Notes: a model not told the origin generated them from the sequence alone. 64,000 nt of DNA from a virus (IMGVR_UViG_3300028563_000021:873-64872), one strand, 5' to 3'. Shown: positions 36,390 to 47,250, numbered from the stretch's first letter. Translations and numbers: made by a program.

Positions 36390-37145
36390 CTAAATTACGT
36401 CAATAATTTCTACTGGCCCGAGTACCGTTGCAAATGCTTGCGGCACGGTGACAATCGGATTAACCTGCATGACCGCGTCAATTATCCATCGCTCTTCGAT
36501 CTGCTGCTCACCGTTGATGAATGGCATCTGGCGCGGATCGCTTGTATATAGCGGCACGATCTCCGCGCCGCCGATGGTCATCATGCCGATTTCAGCGATG
36601 CCGATGCCGCTATTAAACTGGAATGCCTGGACGCCATAGTCATCGCGAAATAGCGTCGTGATAATCTGCGCGTTGTCGGCGCTGATCGGGCCATGCACGT
36701 CCAATTGGACTGTCAATTGCGTTGATTGCTCTACCGTTTTCGATCCAGCCTGCATTGGGTAGCTGCCGATCGTTTGCGAGCTGTTCAGCGTGTATGTGCC
36801 GACGCCACCAGTGCCGGTGCCGAGCGCCGTAACGTAGGTGCCGTATGCAACGCCCGGTCCGTAAATCGTTGAATTGACCGAGATGCCGCCGCTGCCGATG
36901 GACGCCACCGTCAAAGTCGTGCCAGATATCGATCCGACAAACAAGCAAGTTACATAGTCATCCAAGTTCGTCGCTAGCCGCTCTTGAAAAATCGGCGTCA
37001 TGACAACAAAATTCGTATTTGATGGTTCCGGTACCCGATTTACCAATCCGCGAACAACTACCGTATTCGCAGGCAAGATGCCGACCAAAAATGATCGCAG
37101 TGTCGTGAGCGCTTGCGTTTCCGTCGCGTTTAATGAAACTGGCAT
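36390..37145 (-). CDS. tail terminator / neck protein with inserted Gly/Thr module
   Basis: NRVPEP...RLATN...[12 protein letters not shown]...TLFRD...PLYTSDP...EERW. Confidence 0.85.
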   Translation of the reverse strand: MPVSLNATETQALTTLRSFLVGILPANTVVVRGLVNRVPEPSNTNFVVMTPIFQERLATNLDDYVTCLFVGSISGTTLTVASIGSGGISVNSTIYGPGVAYGTYVTALGTGTGGVGTYTLNSSQTIGSYPMQAGSKTVEQSTQLTVQLDVHGPISADNAQIITTLFRDDYGVQAFQFNSGIGIAEIGMMTIGGAEIVPLYTSDPRQMPFINGEQQIEERWIIDAVMQVNPIVTVPQAFATVLGPVEIIDVI

Positions 37146-37146
37146 G

Positions 37147-37530
37147 TCAAGCGCCGTTCTGAAGGGTAGCGCAAATCTTCGTCCAGCCGGAAGACATCGA
37201 CCAATTTTCAAGGACCATCGCGCATAGCCACACCTGACCGTCCGGCGTCGTGATCAGATCACCGCCCTTTGATTCAGACCGCACAAGGCCATTCCAGTCG
37301 CCGACGATGTACATCGCCTGACGCTTGCCCTGAATATTCATACCGCTGATTTGCATCAGGTCGTTATATGTCAAGGCCTGGCACTGCACTTCGATTGCGA
37401 CCGGATCGGCATATCCAGGCACTTGCGAACCATCCGGCAAAATTGTGTATCCATTCGACGCCTGCAAAGAGCAAAGCAGGAACGGATTTACTGATGCGAC
37501 GTATGGAGCAACTATGCCGTGCAAATTCAT
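37147..37530 (-). CDS. head closure / head-tail joining protein
   Basis: MNLHGIV...VNP...GGDLI...WL...VLENW...GWTK. Confidence 0.85.
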   Translation of the reverse strand: MNLHGIVAPYVASVNPFLLCSLQASNGYTILPDGSQVPGYADPVAIEVQCQALTYNDLMQISGMNIQGKRQAMYIVGDWNGLVRSESKGGDLITTPDGQVWLCAMVLENWSMSSGWTKICATLQNGA

Positions 37531-38018
37531 TCTTTCACCTCAAATGCGGCTGCGCGCTTCATGTCGCCGGTATCCAAAAGCGTCGTATCGAAACCCTTTT
37601 TCTGAACTGTCGATTTTGCCAGCGGCTGATAAACCTGATCCGTGATCGATTGCACCAATTCGCCTGTCATGCTTTCGCCCATCAGACTAAGCGCCACCGA
37701 GCTATCGTAGTCTGCATGCAACAGGGCTTTCCCGAGGTCGTCGCCCCAATGCTTCTCGCCGTCCTTAATCATGCCACGGAAAAATGGGCGTGGCGGCGTT
37801 CGATATTCTTTGTCTTCTTTCGGCTCTCCGCTCTCATTCGGAATTTCTACACCAAACTCATTGCAATAGGCAACCATCGGCGTCGATACTCCAGATGCAC
37901 TTTCCGTCGATCCTTCGAAAAACCCAACATCGACAATCGACGACTTACTGACTTTTTTTGACAGCTCAGCGAGCCGCGCCTTCAGCTTGTCGCCGCCCTT
38001 GAATGTGTAAGTTGCCAT
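37527..38018 (-). CDS. neck / tail completion protein
   Basis: VGF.EG...VA..NEFG...PPRPFFR...PLAKSTV.KKG....LLDTG.M. Confidence 0.85.
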   Translation of the reverse strand: MATYTFKGGDKLKARLAELSKKVSKSSIVDVGFFEGSTESASGVSTPMVAYCNEFGVEIPNESGEPKEDKEYRTPPRPFFRGMIKDGEKHWGDDLGKALLHADYDSSVALSLMGESMTGELVQSITDQVYQPLAKSTVQKKGFDTTLLDTGDMKRAAAFEVKE

Positions 38019-38473
38019 TACAGTCTGACGATATTCAGCCCATAGGGATTGAAATTCGGCCGCGGCCCTGGCACATAGCGCATCGTGCGGAATGAGGAGC
38101 TAGCCTGCCAGTATGCGATTCCGTATTTCGATTGCGCGTACCATTGTGGTGATCCTGCCGGGTAATCCAACTGCGTTTGCACTGACACACTTCCCTCGGT
38201 CGCGCTATTGATGCGCCCGACCAGCGGGCTAGATGGTTGCCCATTGATGACGGCATTCAACATCGTGATATGCGCCGTCAGCATGTTGAGGAATTGCGCG
38301 CGCTGAAACACTGGCGCGCAATTTGGAACCAATCCAACGGGCGAGTTATCGCAATACAATTGCGCCTCGTTGAAATATGCCTGAACGGTGTTCTGTGGAA
38401 CAGAATTGAATTCAGGATATCGCGCCGCCCACGAAGGGTAATCGAAAACGACAACGTTGGATTGGTTCGACAT
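38018..38473 (-). CDS. DUF4054 head-tail adaptor
   Basis: RYPEF...LNMLTAH...VGRINSATEGSVSV...WY.QS.YG..YW. Confidence 0.9.
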   Translation of the reverse strand: MSNQSNVVVFDYPSWAARYPEFNSVPQNTVQAYFNEAQLYCDNSPVGLVPNCAPVFQRAQFLNMLTAHITMLNAVINGQPSSPLVGRINSATEGSVSVQTQLDYPAGSPQWYAQSKYGIAYWQASSSFRTMRYVPGPRPNFNPYGLNIVRL

Positions 38474-38475
38474 GA

Positions 38476-38991
38476 TTATTTCTTGGCGTTGGGCGAATTG
38501 TCGGATGTTTCGACGGTGACCTTCCCCATTTTCGGCAATGCCGCTGGGTTAAGCCGCTCCATGCCGGACTTTTCGGCTTCGAATTCGCGAGTCATCGACG
38601 TGACGCTGGCAGATTCTTTGTGCGCAAAAATCATGTTGTTTTTCACGGCATCATGCGATTCAAATTGGGCGAGCCATTCCTCCCAAAACTCTTTCGGGAT
38701 GTTGTTGGTGATTGCAAAGCCAGCGGAAATGATGCCCCCCGCGTCGCCGGGCTTCTTGAGGTATGCGTTGCCCGCGATGATGTACGATGTCGGCCGGTCT
38801 TTTGTGCCGACGATCGGCTCAAATACTTCTTCTGTAATAGTGCCGCCATGCGCCTGGATTGTGCGCCTTACTTTTTTGTGCAACTGAAGCACGAACGGCA
38901 TCGGCATTTTGCTTGCCACGCTCACGGTTTCGTTGCTCCAAGTCTGTCCGGTTTGTTTCTTCAGTGTTAATGTGGTTTCGGCGTTTGCCAT
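38476..38991 (-). CDS. conserved post-capsid virion protein
   Basis: VASKMP...GFAIT.NIPK.FWEEW...AVKN.MIFA...KSGMERL.P. Confidence 0.8.
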   Translation of the reverse strand: MANAETTLTLKKQTGQTWSNETVSVASKMPMPFVLQLHKKVRRTIQAHGGTITEEVFEPIVGTKDRPTSYIIAGNAYLKKPGDAGGIISAGFAITNNIPKEFWEEWLAQFESHDAVKNNMIFAHKESASVTSMTREFEAEKSGMERLNPAALPKMGKVTVETSDNSPNAKK

Positions 38992-39013
38992 TTAGTTCCC
39001 CTTGTGAATTCGG

Positions 39014-39043
39014 AAAAGAAAACGCCCGAACTTATCGGGCGTT
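39014..39043 (-). terminator. intrinsic terminator after the major capsid gene
   Basis: AACGCCCGA-taagt-TCGGGCGTT followed by TTCTTTT. Confidence 0.75.
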
Positions 39044-39084
39044 CTGCACTACAGTTAATGCTATTTCTTGGCGTTATACGCCTA

Positions 39085-40185
39085 TCAAACCCCCACGAGC
39101 GTACCTAACGCAAACGGCTGGCGAAGGATGAAGCCAGACACACCCTGCGCCAATTTTTGCTTGTAGCTGGACAGGTCTGGAATAACAGGACCGGCGAACA
39201 ATTTCGTATTGAAACTGCAAAAGCCGGAATCCTGACCTTCCGCATCTGGGCACCACAATTGAACGGTTTCGCCGACGGCGTTGCCCTGTGGGTTCTGCGC
39301 AGTCACTGCGCCGTATTGGATGGCCGAACCGATCTTCAGGTTCTTGTAGTTGTTTTTCAACAGCGCCATCACGTTCACGTTGAATGTGTTTGTCGCTGTC
39401 AAAGCGCCCTGGCTATGCGGCGACATGGCAAGAATGAAGTTCGAATCGACATCGATCATACCGGACGATTGGTTGATCAACTGATTCACCAACTGCTGAA
39501 TGTCAGCGAAGATTTCGTTTGCCGTTGCATTCGGCGCAGTGCCGTTCAGCCAAGCCACGCCGCCATTTGCTTTCGGAATTGGCGCGATCGCTGGATACAG
39601 ATTCGGGTCGGTAAGCAGGCCGTAGTTTTGCAGACCTTGAATGCCCTTGAAGTAGGCCAAATTGCCGAACTTATTCAAACCGTTGACGGCAGCGGCCTTT
39701 TGTTCGGCGACGAAACCAATTTTCGCCAGGCCAGCGCGCGCGATTTCCAAATTCCCATACTCGACAACCGTCTGATACAAATACGGTTGACGTTCCGGGA
39801 AGACCATATTGATACCGGCGCGGCCATTGTTGTTGAAATCTCCGTAGCTGGAGACTTCATATGTTTGCTCTACTACCGGGAAGATCAACGTCGAATCGGT
39901 CCAAGTGCCTTTTTGCTTTTCACCGAAGAGTTCAGCGGCTTTGTTCGGAGCCTGCAAGACGCGCAGGATATCCGGGTCGGTGAAAAACGTCAGATACGCG
40001 GGGATACCGGAATTGGCGACGGTCACCAATTGCGGCTGCGCATCCATCGCCAAGTCCATGTTTTTCTTCCACTCAGGGCGCGTGAAAATGTTCGCGCCGT
40101 TGAGATGTATACCCCATTCCTGCTCGCAGAAATTGATATACGCCTGTTGGTCGCTCGGCGACATGTCGTAAGCTAATTTAGCCAT
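39085..40185 (-). CDS. major capsid protein (DUF2184)
   Basis: AMDAQP.L.T..NSGIPAYLT...E.QKG.W...YGDF...N...F.GI.GLQNYGLL.DP.L. Confidence 0.93.
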   Translation of the reverse strand: MAKLAYDMSPSDQQAYINFCEQEWGIHLNGANIFTRPEWKKNMDLAMDAQPQLVTVANSGIPAYLTFFTDPDILRVLQAPNKAAELFGEKQKGTWTDSTLIFPVVEQTYEVSSYGDFNNNGRAGINMVFPERQPYLYQTVVEYGNLEIARAGLAKIGFVAEQKAAAVNGLNKFGNLAYFKGIQGLQNYGLLTDPNLYPAIAPIPKANGGVAWLNGTAPNATANEIFADIQQLVNQLINQSSGMIDVDSNFILAMSPHSQGALTATNTFNVNVMALLKNNYKNLKIGSAIQYGAVTAQNPQGNAVGETVQLWCPDAEGQDSGFCSFNTKLFAGPVIPDLSSYKQKLAQGVSGFILRQPFALGTLVGV

Positions 40186-40223
40186 GATTCAAAAGTTCCT
40201 TTAGTTTGAGTTAATGGCTAGGA

Positions 40224-41423
40224 TTAGCCTAACAGCCAAGTAGAAATCTTTACGAGTTCGCCAGGCGCACCAATCGAGGCCGCCACCCATTTTGTTTCTG
40301 TGCCCACGTTGACGGTAAATGTTTGCGCACCGATCGCGGTTTGATACTGATTGGTCCGATACGTGCCCGCGCCGCCAGTGCCGGTCAGGTTTGCGTTTTG
40401 CGCAGCCGTTGCGGTGATGTAGCAAGGCACTGTCAGGCCGGAGCTATTGAGCGAGTCATTCAGTTGCCAGACGCCGGTCGAGCTGGAGTCAACAGTGAAG
40501 AACATCGCATTTGTCGCTGTGATCGTGCCAGCGGCAACCGCAGTAGCAGCCGGTGCGCTCAGCAGGTAGGTGCCAGCGGCCCCGCCAGTTGCCGACACGA
40601 TGCCGGTGATGTAAGTGCCAGCGGTCAGCGATCCTGACGATGCGACGGCCAGGATATCGCCGACCGAGAAAACGCCAGTAGTGTTCCCGCCGGTCAGCGT
40701 CATGCAGCCGCCCGATGCGGTGATTGTGGTCGATGCCACAGTCTGCGAGATGCTGACGGTATAGACACCGACGCCGCCATTGGTGCCGCTGACGAAGCCG
40801 GTCACGGTCGTGTTCGCATCGACATAGCCGACCGTCGAAGAGCCGCCGGAAAGAACTTGTCCGACGCCGATGACCGTACCCGCAGCGATTGCGCTGACGG
40901 TCATGGTGGTGCCGCTGATGGCCGCCGTGCAGGACGGTGCAGTCGCAGGGATCGCCGCGCCGGTACTGGCCGATACGATCTTTGCCAGCGTGCCGCCAGT
41001 GCAAGAGCCGGAAGTCGGCGGCGTGCCGGTGACATTGAACGTCACTTGACCGGTTGCGTTGTTGGCATAAGCCTTATTGCCAATGGCCGAAGTCGTCGTC
41101 CCGGTATTGAGCGCCCAGAATCCGCCCTCGTTGAATAGCGTAACCGGCGAGCCTGGATACATCATCAGCGTGTCATCAGCCAAATATGTGGTGATGATAC
41201 CCTGTTGATCGCGATGGACAAAACCGGTCGGCGCACCTTGGCCGGTATTGCTGACGGTGATATTCTGCGCATCGGCCCATGCGAACGCGCCAACGGCAAC
41301 GCCATTTGGACCAGCGATGAACGCGCCTGCGCTGGCATTGACCGTAGCGCGCGGATTCGAATCGGCGAAATCACCGAGTACGGCAGGTGCCGCAACAACA
41401 TTTACTTGACGGGGAAAGCCCAT
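40224..41423 (-). CDS. capsid cement / decoration protein with Gly/Thr repeat insertions
   Basis: GF..QVN...APAV.GDFA..NPR...G.FW...ETKW...GELVKIS; between protease and capsid genes. Confidence 0.8.
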   Translation of the reverse strand: MGFPRQVNVVAAPAVLGDFADSNPRATVNASAGAFIAGPNGVAVGAFAWADAQNITVSNTGQGAPTGFVHRDQQGIITTYLADDTLMMYPGSPVTLFNEGGFWALNTGTTTSAIGNKAYANNATGQVTFNVTGTPPTSGSCTGGTLAKIVSASTGAAIPATAPSCTAAISGTTMTVSAIAAGTVIGVGQVLSGGSSTVGYVDANTTVTGFVSGTNGGVGVYTVSISQTVASTTITASGGCMTLTGGNTTGVFSVGDILAVASSGSLTAGTYITGIVSATGGAAGTYLLSAPAATAVAAGTITATNAMFFTVDSSSTGVWQLNDSLNSSGLTVPCYITATAAQNANLTGTGGAGTYRTNQYQTAIGAQTFTVNVGTETKWVAASIGAPGELVKISTWLLG

Positions 41424-41457
41424 TTTATTGCTCCTTGAATTTTGGTGTGGTGGTGAA

Positions 41458-43308
41458 TTAACGGCTCAAGCGGTTCGAGTCAGGGAAGCACTCGGTTACA
41501 TCGCCGGATAACGCCGCATCGTTCGCCACTACTTGCAAAGTGGCTTTCTGTGGCTTGGGTAAGTTGGTGAGAATTGATTTATAGGCATCGGAATGCATGC
41601 CCTTGGTATCGATGCCCTTGATCGTCAAGGCGGCTTTATAGACCGCTTCTGCGCTGTCGCAAGCGATGGCAATTTCACCGACAATCGGCTTGACGAATTT
41701 CAGCGCATCGGCGATGCCGTTCATGCGATCGATTGTCTTTTGCTCGGCTTCTTTGGCGGCTTTGTCGCACGCCAATTTGATTGCCTTGTCCATTGCGGCC
41801 TTGTCCATTTTTTCCTCGTCGTCGTCAGCCGCAGCGGGCTTTTTGTTTTCCTGATTATTGGGGTTCGCATTCGCGGCGTTAGCGGTTTGCGCTGGCTCGT
41901 CGGCGGCGGTCGGTACGGCCACTGGTTTTGCCTTCAGCATGGCCTCGATTTCTGCGAGGTCTTCATCGCTAATCTTGCCGCGCAACTTGTCCATGATTCC
42001 AGCCATCTTTGGGTCAGGCTCGTCCTGAGCGACGTTGTCATCGTCTGGCTCGGCGCTGTCCAACTTGTCCAGCAATTTAACGATGTCGGCGAGATCGGTA
42101 TCTTTCGCCAACAACGGCTTGATGGCCGCTACGATGCCGGGCTTCTTTTCAAGCCAGTTCTTGCGCTTGACGCCAGCGAGAATGGTATCGAGATTCGGCA
42201 TTTGCGAATCCGTTGCCATCATTGGCTTCAGGACAGCCAACAAGGCTCCCTTGGCCATCACTGCTTTTTTGCTTAGGGATTTACCCATGTTGATTGCTCC
42301 ATTGAGGTTGATTGAAACTACCTTTACATTCGGCCCGGCCGAATCTCCTACTATAACGTCTGCTCCGCATCTCCCTTTTTCTACCAATGCGACGTGATTC
42401 GCCCGGATATTTCGCATGATTCCGTCGTATTGAACGCCTTCATAGGTTCCCGGCGTCATGTCAGCGTTGTAGTAATAGGCGCATGAAATCTCTTGTTGCG
42501 CGCCGGTCTCAACGCCTTTGATTGCGTCCTGCGTCCAAATGACCAGGGAATTTTTCAGGTACGGGTGTTCGAAAACTGCGTCCGTCCCGGTTGCGCCGAC
42601 GGTCGCCTTCGGCTGATGCGATTGCGCATTGACCGGGATGTGCTCATTGAGCAATTGCACGTTGTTCCATGTCGGCACGGATTTCGCCAGCTCATCAGGA
42701 TCGCGCAGTAGCATGTAAATGCGTTTCGGATCAAGTCCAAGCGCCTGCGCCTCAGGGATTTCCTCACCATAGTACGGGCAGACCATAGCTTTACTAATTG
42801 GCGTCAATTCCACGCGCATCCGGCCATCTTGATCGACGCTGCGCACTGATTGCCTGTCGAATGCCAGCGCATCCTTTGCTATCTGGCAGTCCTGCGCTGG
42901 CTTCTTGCCAAGCATCGTATCGACTACTTGGCGCACGCCTGGGTGCAGCGGCTCCGGCGGATTCTCAAGCGTCGCCCACTTGAACGCCGTATGCTCGGAT
43001 TTATCCAACTTCGGCGTGAACTTGTGCATGATTCGCATCTTGAACGTCAGGAAATCGACTTCTTTGCCGCTGTCGTCTTTGCTGGATGTGTCGGCTATTT
43101 TTTCGAGTTGGCCGTATGGAAGAGCGCCGATTTCCTCGCGAGTCTCGCGCTTGGCCGTTTGCTCTGGAGTTTCGCCATCGTCGGCGCGGCCTCCTGGCAA
43201 ATCCCATTCTCCTGGATGATTGGACGATGGCGAACGCAGCAGAAACAGGCACTCATCTTGCGGCGTGATCAATGCAATGCCAGCGCCCTTAATCTTTTCG
43301 TCTGCCAC
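41458..43308 (-). CDS. Nudix hydrolase fused to DUF2213 prohead protease/scaffold
   Basis: Nudix box [24 protein letters not shown], then PISKA.VCPY.G.EIP...EISCAY...[12 protein letters not shown], acidic scaffold tail. Confidence 0.92.
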   Translation of the reverse strand: MADEKIKGAGIALITPQDECLFLLRSPSSNHPGEWDLPGGRADDGETPEQTAKRETREEIGALPYGQLEKIADTSSKDDSGKEVDFLTFKMRIMHKFTPKLDKSEHTAFKWATLENPPEPLHPGVRQVVDTMLGKKPAQDCQIAKDALAFDRQSVRSVDQDGRMRVELTPISKAMVCPYYGEEIPEAQALGLDPKRIYMLLRDPDELAKSVPTWNNVQLLNEHIPVNAQSHQPKATVGATGTDAVFEHPYLKNSLVIWTQDAIKGVETGAQQEISCAYYYNADMTPGTYEGVQYDGIMRNIRANHVALVEKGRCGADVIVGDSAGPNVKVVSINLNGAINMGKSLSKKAVMAKGALLAVLKPMMATDSQMPNLDTILAGVKRKNWLEKKPGIVAAIKPLLAKDTDLADIVKLLDKLDSAEPDDDNVAQDEPDPKMAGIMDKLRGKISDEDLAEIEAMLKAKPVAVPTAADEPAQTANAANANPNNQENKKPAAADDDEEKMDKAAMDKAIKLACDKAAKEAEQKTIDRMNGIADALKFVKPIVGEIAIACDSAEAVYKAALTIKGIDTKGMHSDAYKSILTNLPKPQKATLQVVANDAALSGDVTECFPDSNRLSR

Positions 43309-43333
43309 GATGAATTCATTTCTCCGTTAAAAA

Positions 43334-44197
43334 TTATGCTTCTGATTTTAAAAATGAAAGAATGGAACGAGACATGCATCTGCAATTTATTTCTGAACCG
43401 GGAAATACAAATTTCTGATCCACTTCAGACCACATGCCCTCATCAATTTTATATGTCTTCCCGTTCCATGCTAAGTGCTCTGGACGTGGTTCTTTACCGC
43501 CTCCAGAGTGCATCCACTTTGCCTCTGTGATGCCAAGTTCGCGCTGCCGCACTATCGTCAGATTTGCGGTCAACTTGTTATTCTGATCCCCGGAAATTAG
43601 TGCCGCACGTCGCCGCGTAATGCCATACCGCTTTTGCAGTTCCGCAGTTAATGTGCCGAGATCGCGCCCGGCGGAGACAGACCGCATAACAAGCCCCTGC
43701 ACATCCGATAGATGCTCGCTCGCGATGTTTTTTATTAGCCCGACGTTCTCGCCAATCGTCGCTTGAAGCACGTCATTCATTTTCGCGGTCATCTTGAACT
43801 CGACCGTCATGCCTGATTTTTTCAGCGCCGCGCGCAACCCGGCGTCCGTGCGCTGGGCCGCCGTTTTTGCGAAGTGCTTCGCCATTTCTTCGGCACCATC
43901 GTCAAAGCGCTTCTGCCAAATCTTCGACAGCTTACGCATGACGTTTTGCATCACGCGCGCCGGGCTTCCGGTTTGCTGGATCGCCGCCGCTATTTCCTCG
44001 GATACCGTTTTTGATGCCTCGTCGCCGATATCAGTGTCGTGCGCCATTTCTGGATTGTTAGCCCGATATGCCGCCTTCACCCACCATGAAACAGATCGAT
44101 TCATCGCATCGATCATCGCATCCAGTTTCTTTTGATACGCGACCTCAATCCCGGCATTCGGATGAACCGGCCGGATAGTCTTCGCCTTGGCCTTCAT
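43334..44197 (-). CDS. MuF / SPP1 gp7-like minor head protein
   Basis: RAALI..DQNNK...W.HSGG...PRPEH...PG.EINCRC. Confidence 0.9.
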   Translation of the reverse strand: MKAKAKTIRPVHPNAGIEVAYQKKLDAMIDAMNRSVSWWVKAAYRANNPEMAHDTDIGDEASKTVSEEIAAAIQQTGSPARVMQNVMRKLSKIWQKRFDDGAEEMAKHFAKTAAQRTDAGLRAALKKSGMTVEFKMTAKMNDVLQATIGENVGLIKNIASEHLSDVQGLVMRSVSAGRDLGTLTAELQKRYGITRRRAALISGDQNNKLTANLTIVRQRELGITEAKWMHSGGGKEPRPEHLAWNGKTYKIDEGMWSEVDQKFVFPGSEINCRCMSRSILSFLKSEA

Positions 44198-44200
44198 TAT

Positions 44201-45688
44201 TTACGACGGCAGGCTTCCGTCCAATTGCATATTCGATTGGAACGACGTGAGCGCCGATGTGTTGTGCATCGAGACATTCACGTAGGAATATGCAAGGCCG
44301 TCATTTACCGACAAGCTGCCAGCAACAGCGGTACCAGATGCCGTAACGGATACGGTTGCATTGGTGCCGACCGGCTGCGCGCCGAGCGGGTCGCTGAATC
44401 GCTGAATGCCGACCGTGCAATTCTGCGTGACAGCAAACGCTAAAATGAGATTCGACAGGTCTTTGATGTAAAAGATTCCGCTGTTCCACGTTTTCCCGGC
44501 GATCAGCGCATTTGGGAACCCGGTCGGAGTTTGAATTCGCACCGGATTGTTGACCGGCGAATAAACTGGCAGCGTGAATGGCGATGTCACAGGCTGATTC
44601 AGCGCTGCCATTTGCGCCGCGCTGACAGCGGCGGCCTGGTCGGTCGTCAATGCATACAGTTGCGCTTGCGACATAACCGCGAAAGCTGGTGCCGGAATGC
44701 TTGCGACTTGCGCGGTCGTCAATGATGCGACTTGTCCAGTTGTCAGTGCCTGAAACTGCGCCGATGTCACGCCCTGAATTTGCGACGTGGTGACCGCCTG
44801 CAATTGCGCGGTAGTGATCGCCGCAATGGTCGCTGGCGTGTGACCCTGGGCAATCTGCGCAGACGTGAACGCTTGAATCTGGCTTGTCGTCAGCGCGGCG
44901 ATGTCGGCGGTATTGATGGCCGAAATTTGCAATGGTTGCAGCGCGGCGATTTGCGATGTCGTCAGCGATACAGCCTGCGCAGTCGTTAATGCCTGCACTG
45001 CGGCCGCGCTCAATCCGAGTGCCGTTTGCTTTGTCGTTAGCGTCGATAGTTGCGACGTGGACAGCGCTACAATCTCAGCGGTTTGCAGCGCCAGCAATGC
45101 GGCAATCGGCAGCGCCACGGTTTGCGAGGTGCTAAGCGCAGCGACCTGTGCCGTCGTCAATCCTGCGGTGTTGTTGCCAAGCTGCGCGACCTGTGACGTG
45201 GTGAGTGCCGCCGTATCGGCCGTTGTGAGTGCGCCGACCTGGGCGGCGGTCAGCCATGTCATGTTCGCCGCCGGAATCGCAACGGTTTGCGCGGTCGTCA
45301 ACAGCGCCAGATTTGCGGTTGTGATCGAGTGCATCTCGTCCGACGTCAATCCGCCAACTTGGCCGGTTGTCATTGCGCTGAATTGCGCGGTTGTGATCGC
45401 GGCCACGCCAGGCGGCGCGAATGCGCCAATTTGCGAAGATGTGAGATGCGAAAACTGGCTTGTGGTCAACGCAGCAACCTGCGCACTCGATAGTTGATAG
45501 ACGTCGACCGTTGGCATCACTGCAAGCGTGGCCGTTGCGAATGCCGACATTTGCGCCGTCGTCAATCCACTGACCTGATTTGTCGCCAGCCCGAGGATAT
45601 CGGCAGTTGTGGCCGCCGCAATCTGCGCAGTGGTCAATGCGCCCACTTGGGCGGTTGTTAGCGGCGGCGGTCCGGCGAAGAGCGTCAT
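44201..45688 (-). CDS. repeat protein with (AL)TTAQ 8-residue repeats and a C-terminal beta domain
   Basis: About 350 aa of LTT(A/S)Q(I/V)xA repeats; AGGA RBS; sits between portal and MuF genes. Confidence 0.85.
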   Translation of the reverse strand: MTLFAGPPPLTTAQVGALTTAQIAAATTADILGLATNQVSGLTTAQMSAFATATLAVMPTVDVYQLSSAQVAALTTSQFSHLTSSQIGAFAPPGVAAITTAQFSAMTTGQVGGLTSDEMHSITTANLALLTTAQTVAIPAANMTWLTAAQVGALTTADTAALTTSQVAQLGNNTAGLTTAQVAALSTSQTVALPIAALLALQTAEIVALSTSQLSTLTTKQTALGLSAAAVQALTTAQAVSLTTSQIAALQPLQISAINTADIAALTTSQIQAFTSAQIAQGHTPATIAAITTAQLQAVTTSQIQGVTSAQFQALTTGQVASLTTAQVASIPAPAFAVMSQAQLYALTTDQAAAVSAAQMAALNQPVTSPFTLPVYSPVNNPVRIQTPTGFPNALIAGKTWNSGIFYIKDLSNLILAFAVTQNCTVGIQRFSDPLGAQPVGTNATVSVTASGTAVAGSLSVNDGLAYSYVNVSMHNTSALTSFQSNMQLDGSLPS

Positions 45689-45702
45689 GTCAATTTGTCC
45701 TG

Positions 45703-47250
45703 TTATTCACTGCCAATATTTTCACTAAAATCATTCATCCCCGGCTCTTTGCCAGGCGCTTCCGGCGGATCAATGACCGCGTTCAGATCGATCCCAGAAT
45801 AAGGCGATTCTTCCTCGTTGGCGAGCTTCTTGCGCACCTCTTCTTGCGACAAAATTCCGGCGTCAAGGTGCGCGATATCAGTCTCAGCCTCGGTTTTGCG
45901 GATATCAGCCAATTCTTTCTGCGTTACGACCTTCAACTGATTCCATGTAAATCCGATATCCGGGTCAATTTCGCCGAATAGCGACAACTGGACGATGTTC
46001 AGAATCTTCGATAGTGCGGGCGTGTAAATCTCCTGGTTCGCCGAGATGGTGTCCTGGAACACTTCGATTTCACCTTGCGATGACGGATTGAGTCCGGCTG
46101 GGGTGATCCCGGTCAGATATACCACTGGCAAGCCGCTGGGCGAACACATTTGTTCTTGTGCTTGCGCCTGAAGCTTATCAAGTCCGGCAATGTTCGCTGA
46201 GACGTTGGAGAAATCTTCTTTTTCCTTTTCAATCATGTTCAGGCCATGATTGTCGCGCGCCGCGTTGAATAGCGCCGCGCGATTGTATAGTTGCTCTGCG
46301 CCGCCCGCATTCAGCAGCGATCCGAAATCAGTCGCCAACACCCATACGGTAAAGGAATGCACCAAATCCGAAACGCTCTGCCGAGTGCGTAGCCAGTTAT
46401 CGACATACGGCTTCATCATCTGCAAAAGCGACAGCCCGGCGAATGCGTATGCTGGCTTCAATATGTCAGGCAATGGCCGCGTGATGATGGTTATCAAGCG
46501 CGAGCTATGAATCTCCTTGCCCATTACAAACCACGAAGTCGGCTTGTAAAATGTCTTGTCTAACGGATCGTCGGCATTGTACCGATTCGGGTAGCTCCAG
46601 ATCGGCTCGATATTCGCCAAGCGCTTGAGCGCCCCTTTGCCGATCTTTTCAGGCTCCTCTACTAAATCTGTCCTCAGCTCTTCCGGGTCGATGTCATCCG
46701 ATTCTAGGCCAACGTCGATGAAAATCTGACTGCGCCCAAAAAATCCATCTTGCTCGATCGCCTTGCGAAAAACGGCTTGCACATTCAGGCGCTTGAATTC
46801 CGCGTCGATTGCCTTGATCTTCTCGGACTTGTCGCTGTCGCCAACTGCCTGGAATTTGATCCACTTGCGCGTCATCTCGCGCGCGAATATTTCCGCAGGA
46901 CGGCGGAACTCTGGAATCTGCGACCAATTCGCTAAAACCGTGAAACCGGGGAATGCATAGCCTTCGTTGAATGCGCTGTTGATATTCGCGAGCAGCCCAT
47001 TATTGAACGCTGCGCCACTATCGAACCCAGCATCCATTGCAATCCGCTTGCCGGTCAATTTTCCTGGCAAAACGCCTTTGGGCGGCTCGTAGGCGGCAAA
47101 GTAGTCGCTCGACATTTTCCTTGCATGGCGCGTCGATGGCCGGTTGCGCATCGTCGAAACCGCTTCATTCGATATGTGCATCGCGCTCTTCGGTGTCTCC
47201 GCAGGCTTGGACGCTGCCATCTTCGCCATTTTCTTCTGTTTGCGGTTCAC
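45703..47250 (-). CDS. portal protein (DUF1073)
   Basis: FPGF..LA...Q.PEFR...EMTRKWI...IEP.W.YP..Y...DPL...IHSSRL...LKPAY.F.GLSL. Confidence 0.92.
   Translation of the reverse strand: MNRKQKKMAKMAASKPAETPKSAMHISNEAVSTMRNRPSTRHARKMSSDYFAAYEPPKGVLPGKLTGKRIAMDAGFDSGAAFNNGLLANINSAFNEGYAFPGFTVLANWSQIPEFRRPAEIFAREMTRKWIKFQAVGDSDKSEKIKAIDAEFKRLNVQAVFRKAIEQDGFFGRSQIFIDVGLESDDIDPEELRTDLVEEPEKIGKGALKRLANIEPIWSYPNRYNADDPLDKTFYKPTSWFVMGKEIHSSRLITIITRPLPDILKPAYAFAGLSLLQMMKPYVDNWLRTRQSVSDLVHSFTVWVLATDFGSLLNAGGAEQLYNRAALFNAARDNHGLNMIEKEKEDFSNVSANIAGLDKLQAQAQEQMCSPSGLPVVYLTGITPAGLNPSSQGEIEVFQDTISANQEIYTPALSKILNIVQLSLFGEIDPDIGFTWNQLKVVTQKELADIRKTEAETDIAHLDAGILSQEEVRKKLANEEESPYSGIDLNAVIDPPEAPGKEPGMNDFSENIGSE

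Noticed and set aside
39074-39096. Possible capsid C-terminal frameshift at GTG GGG GTT giving ...GLIGV
   Set aside because: It would add only about three residues; the zero-frame end LVGV already fits the family.
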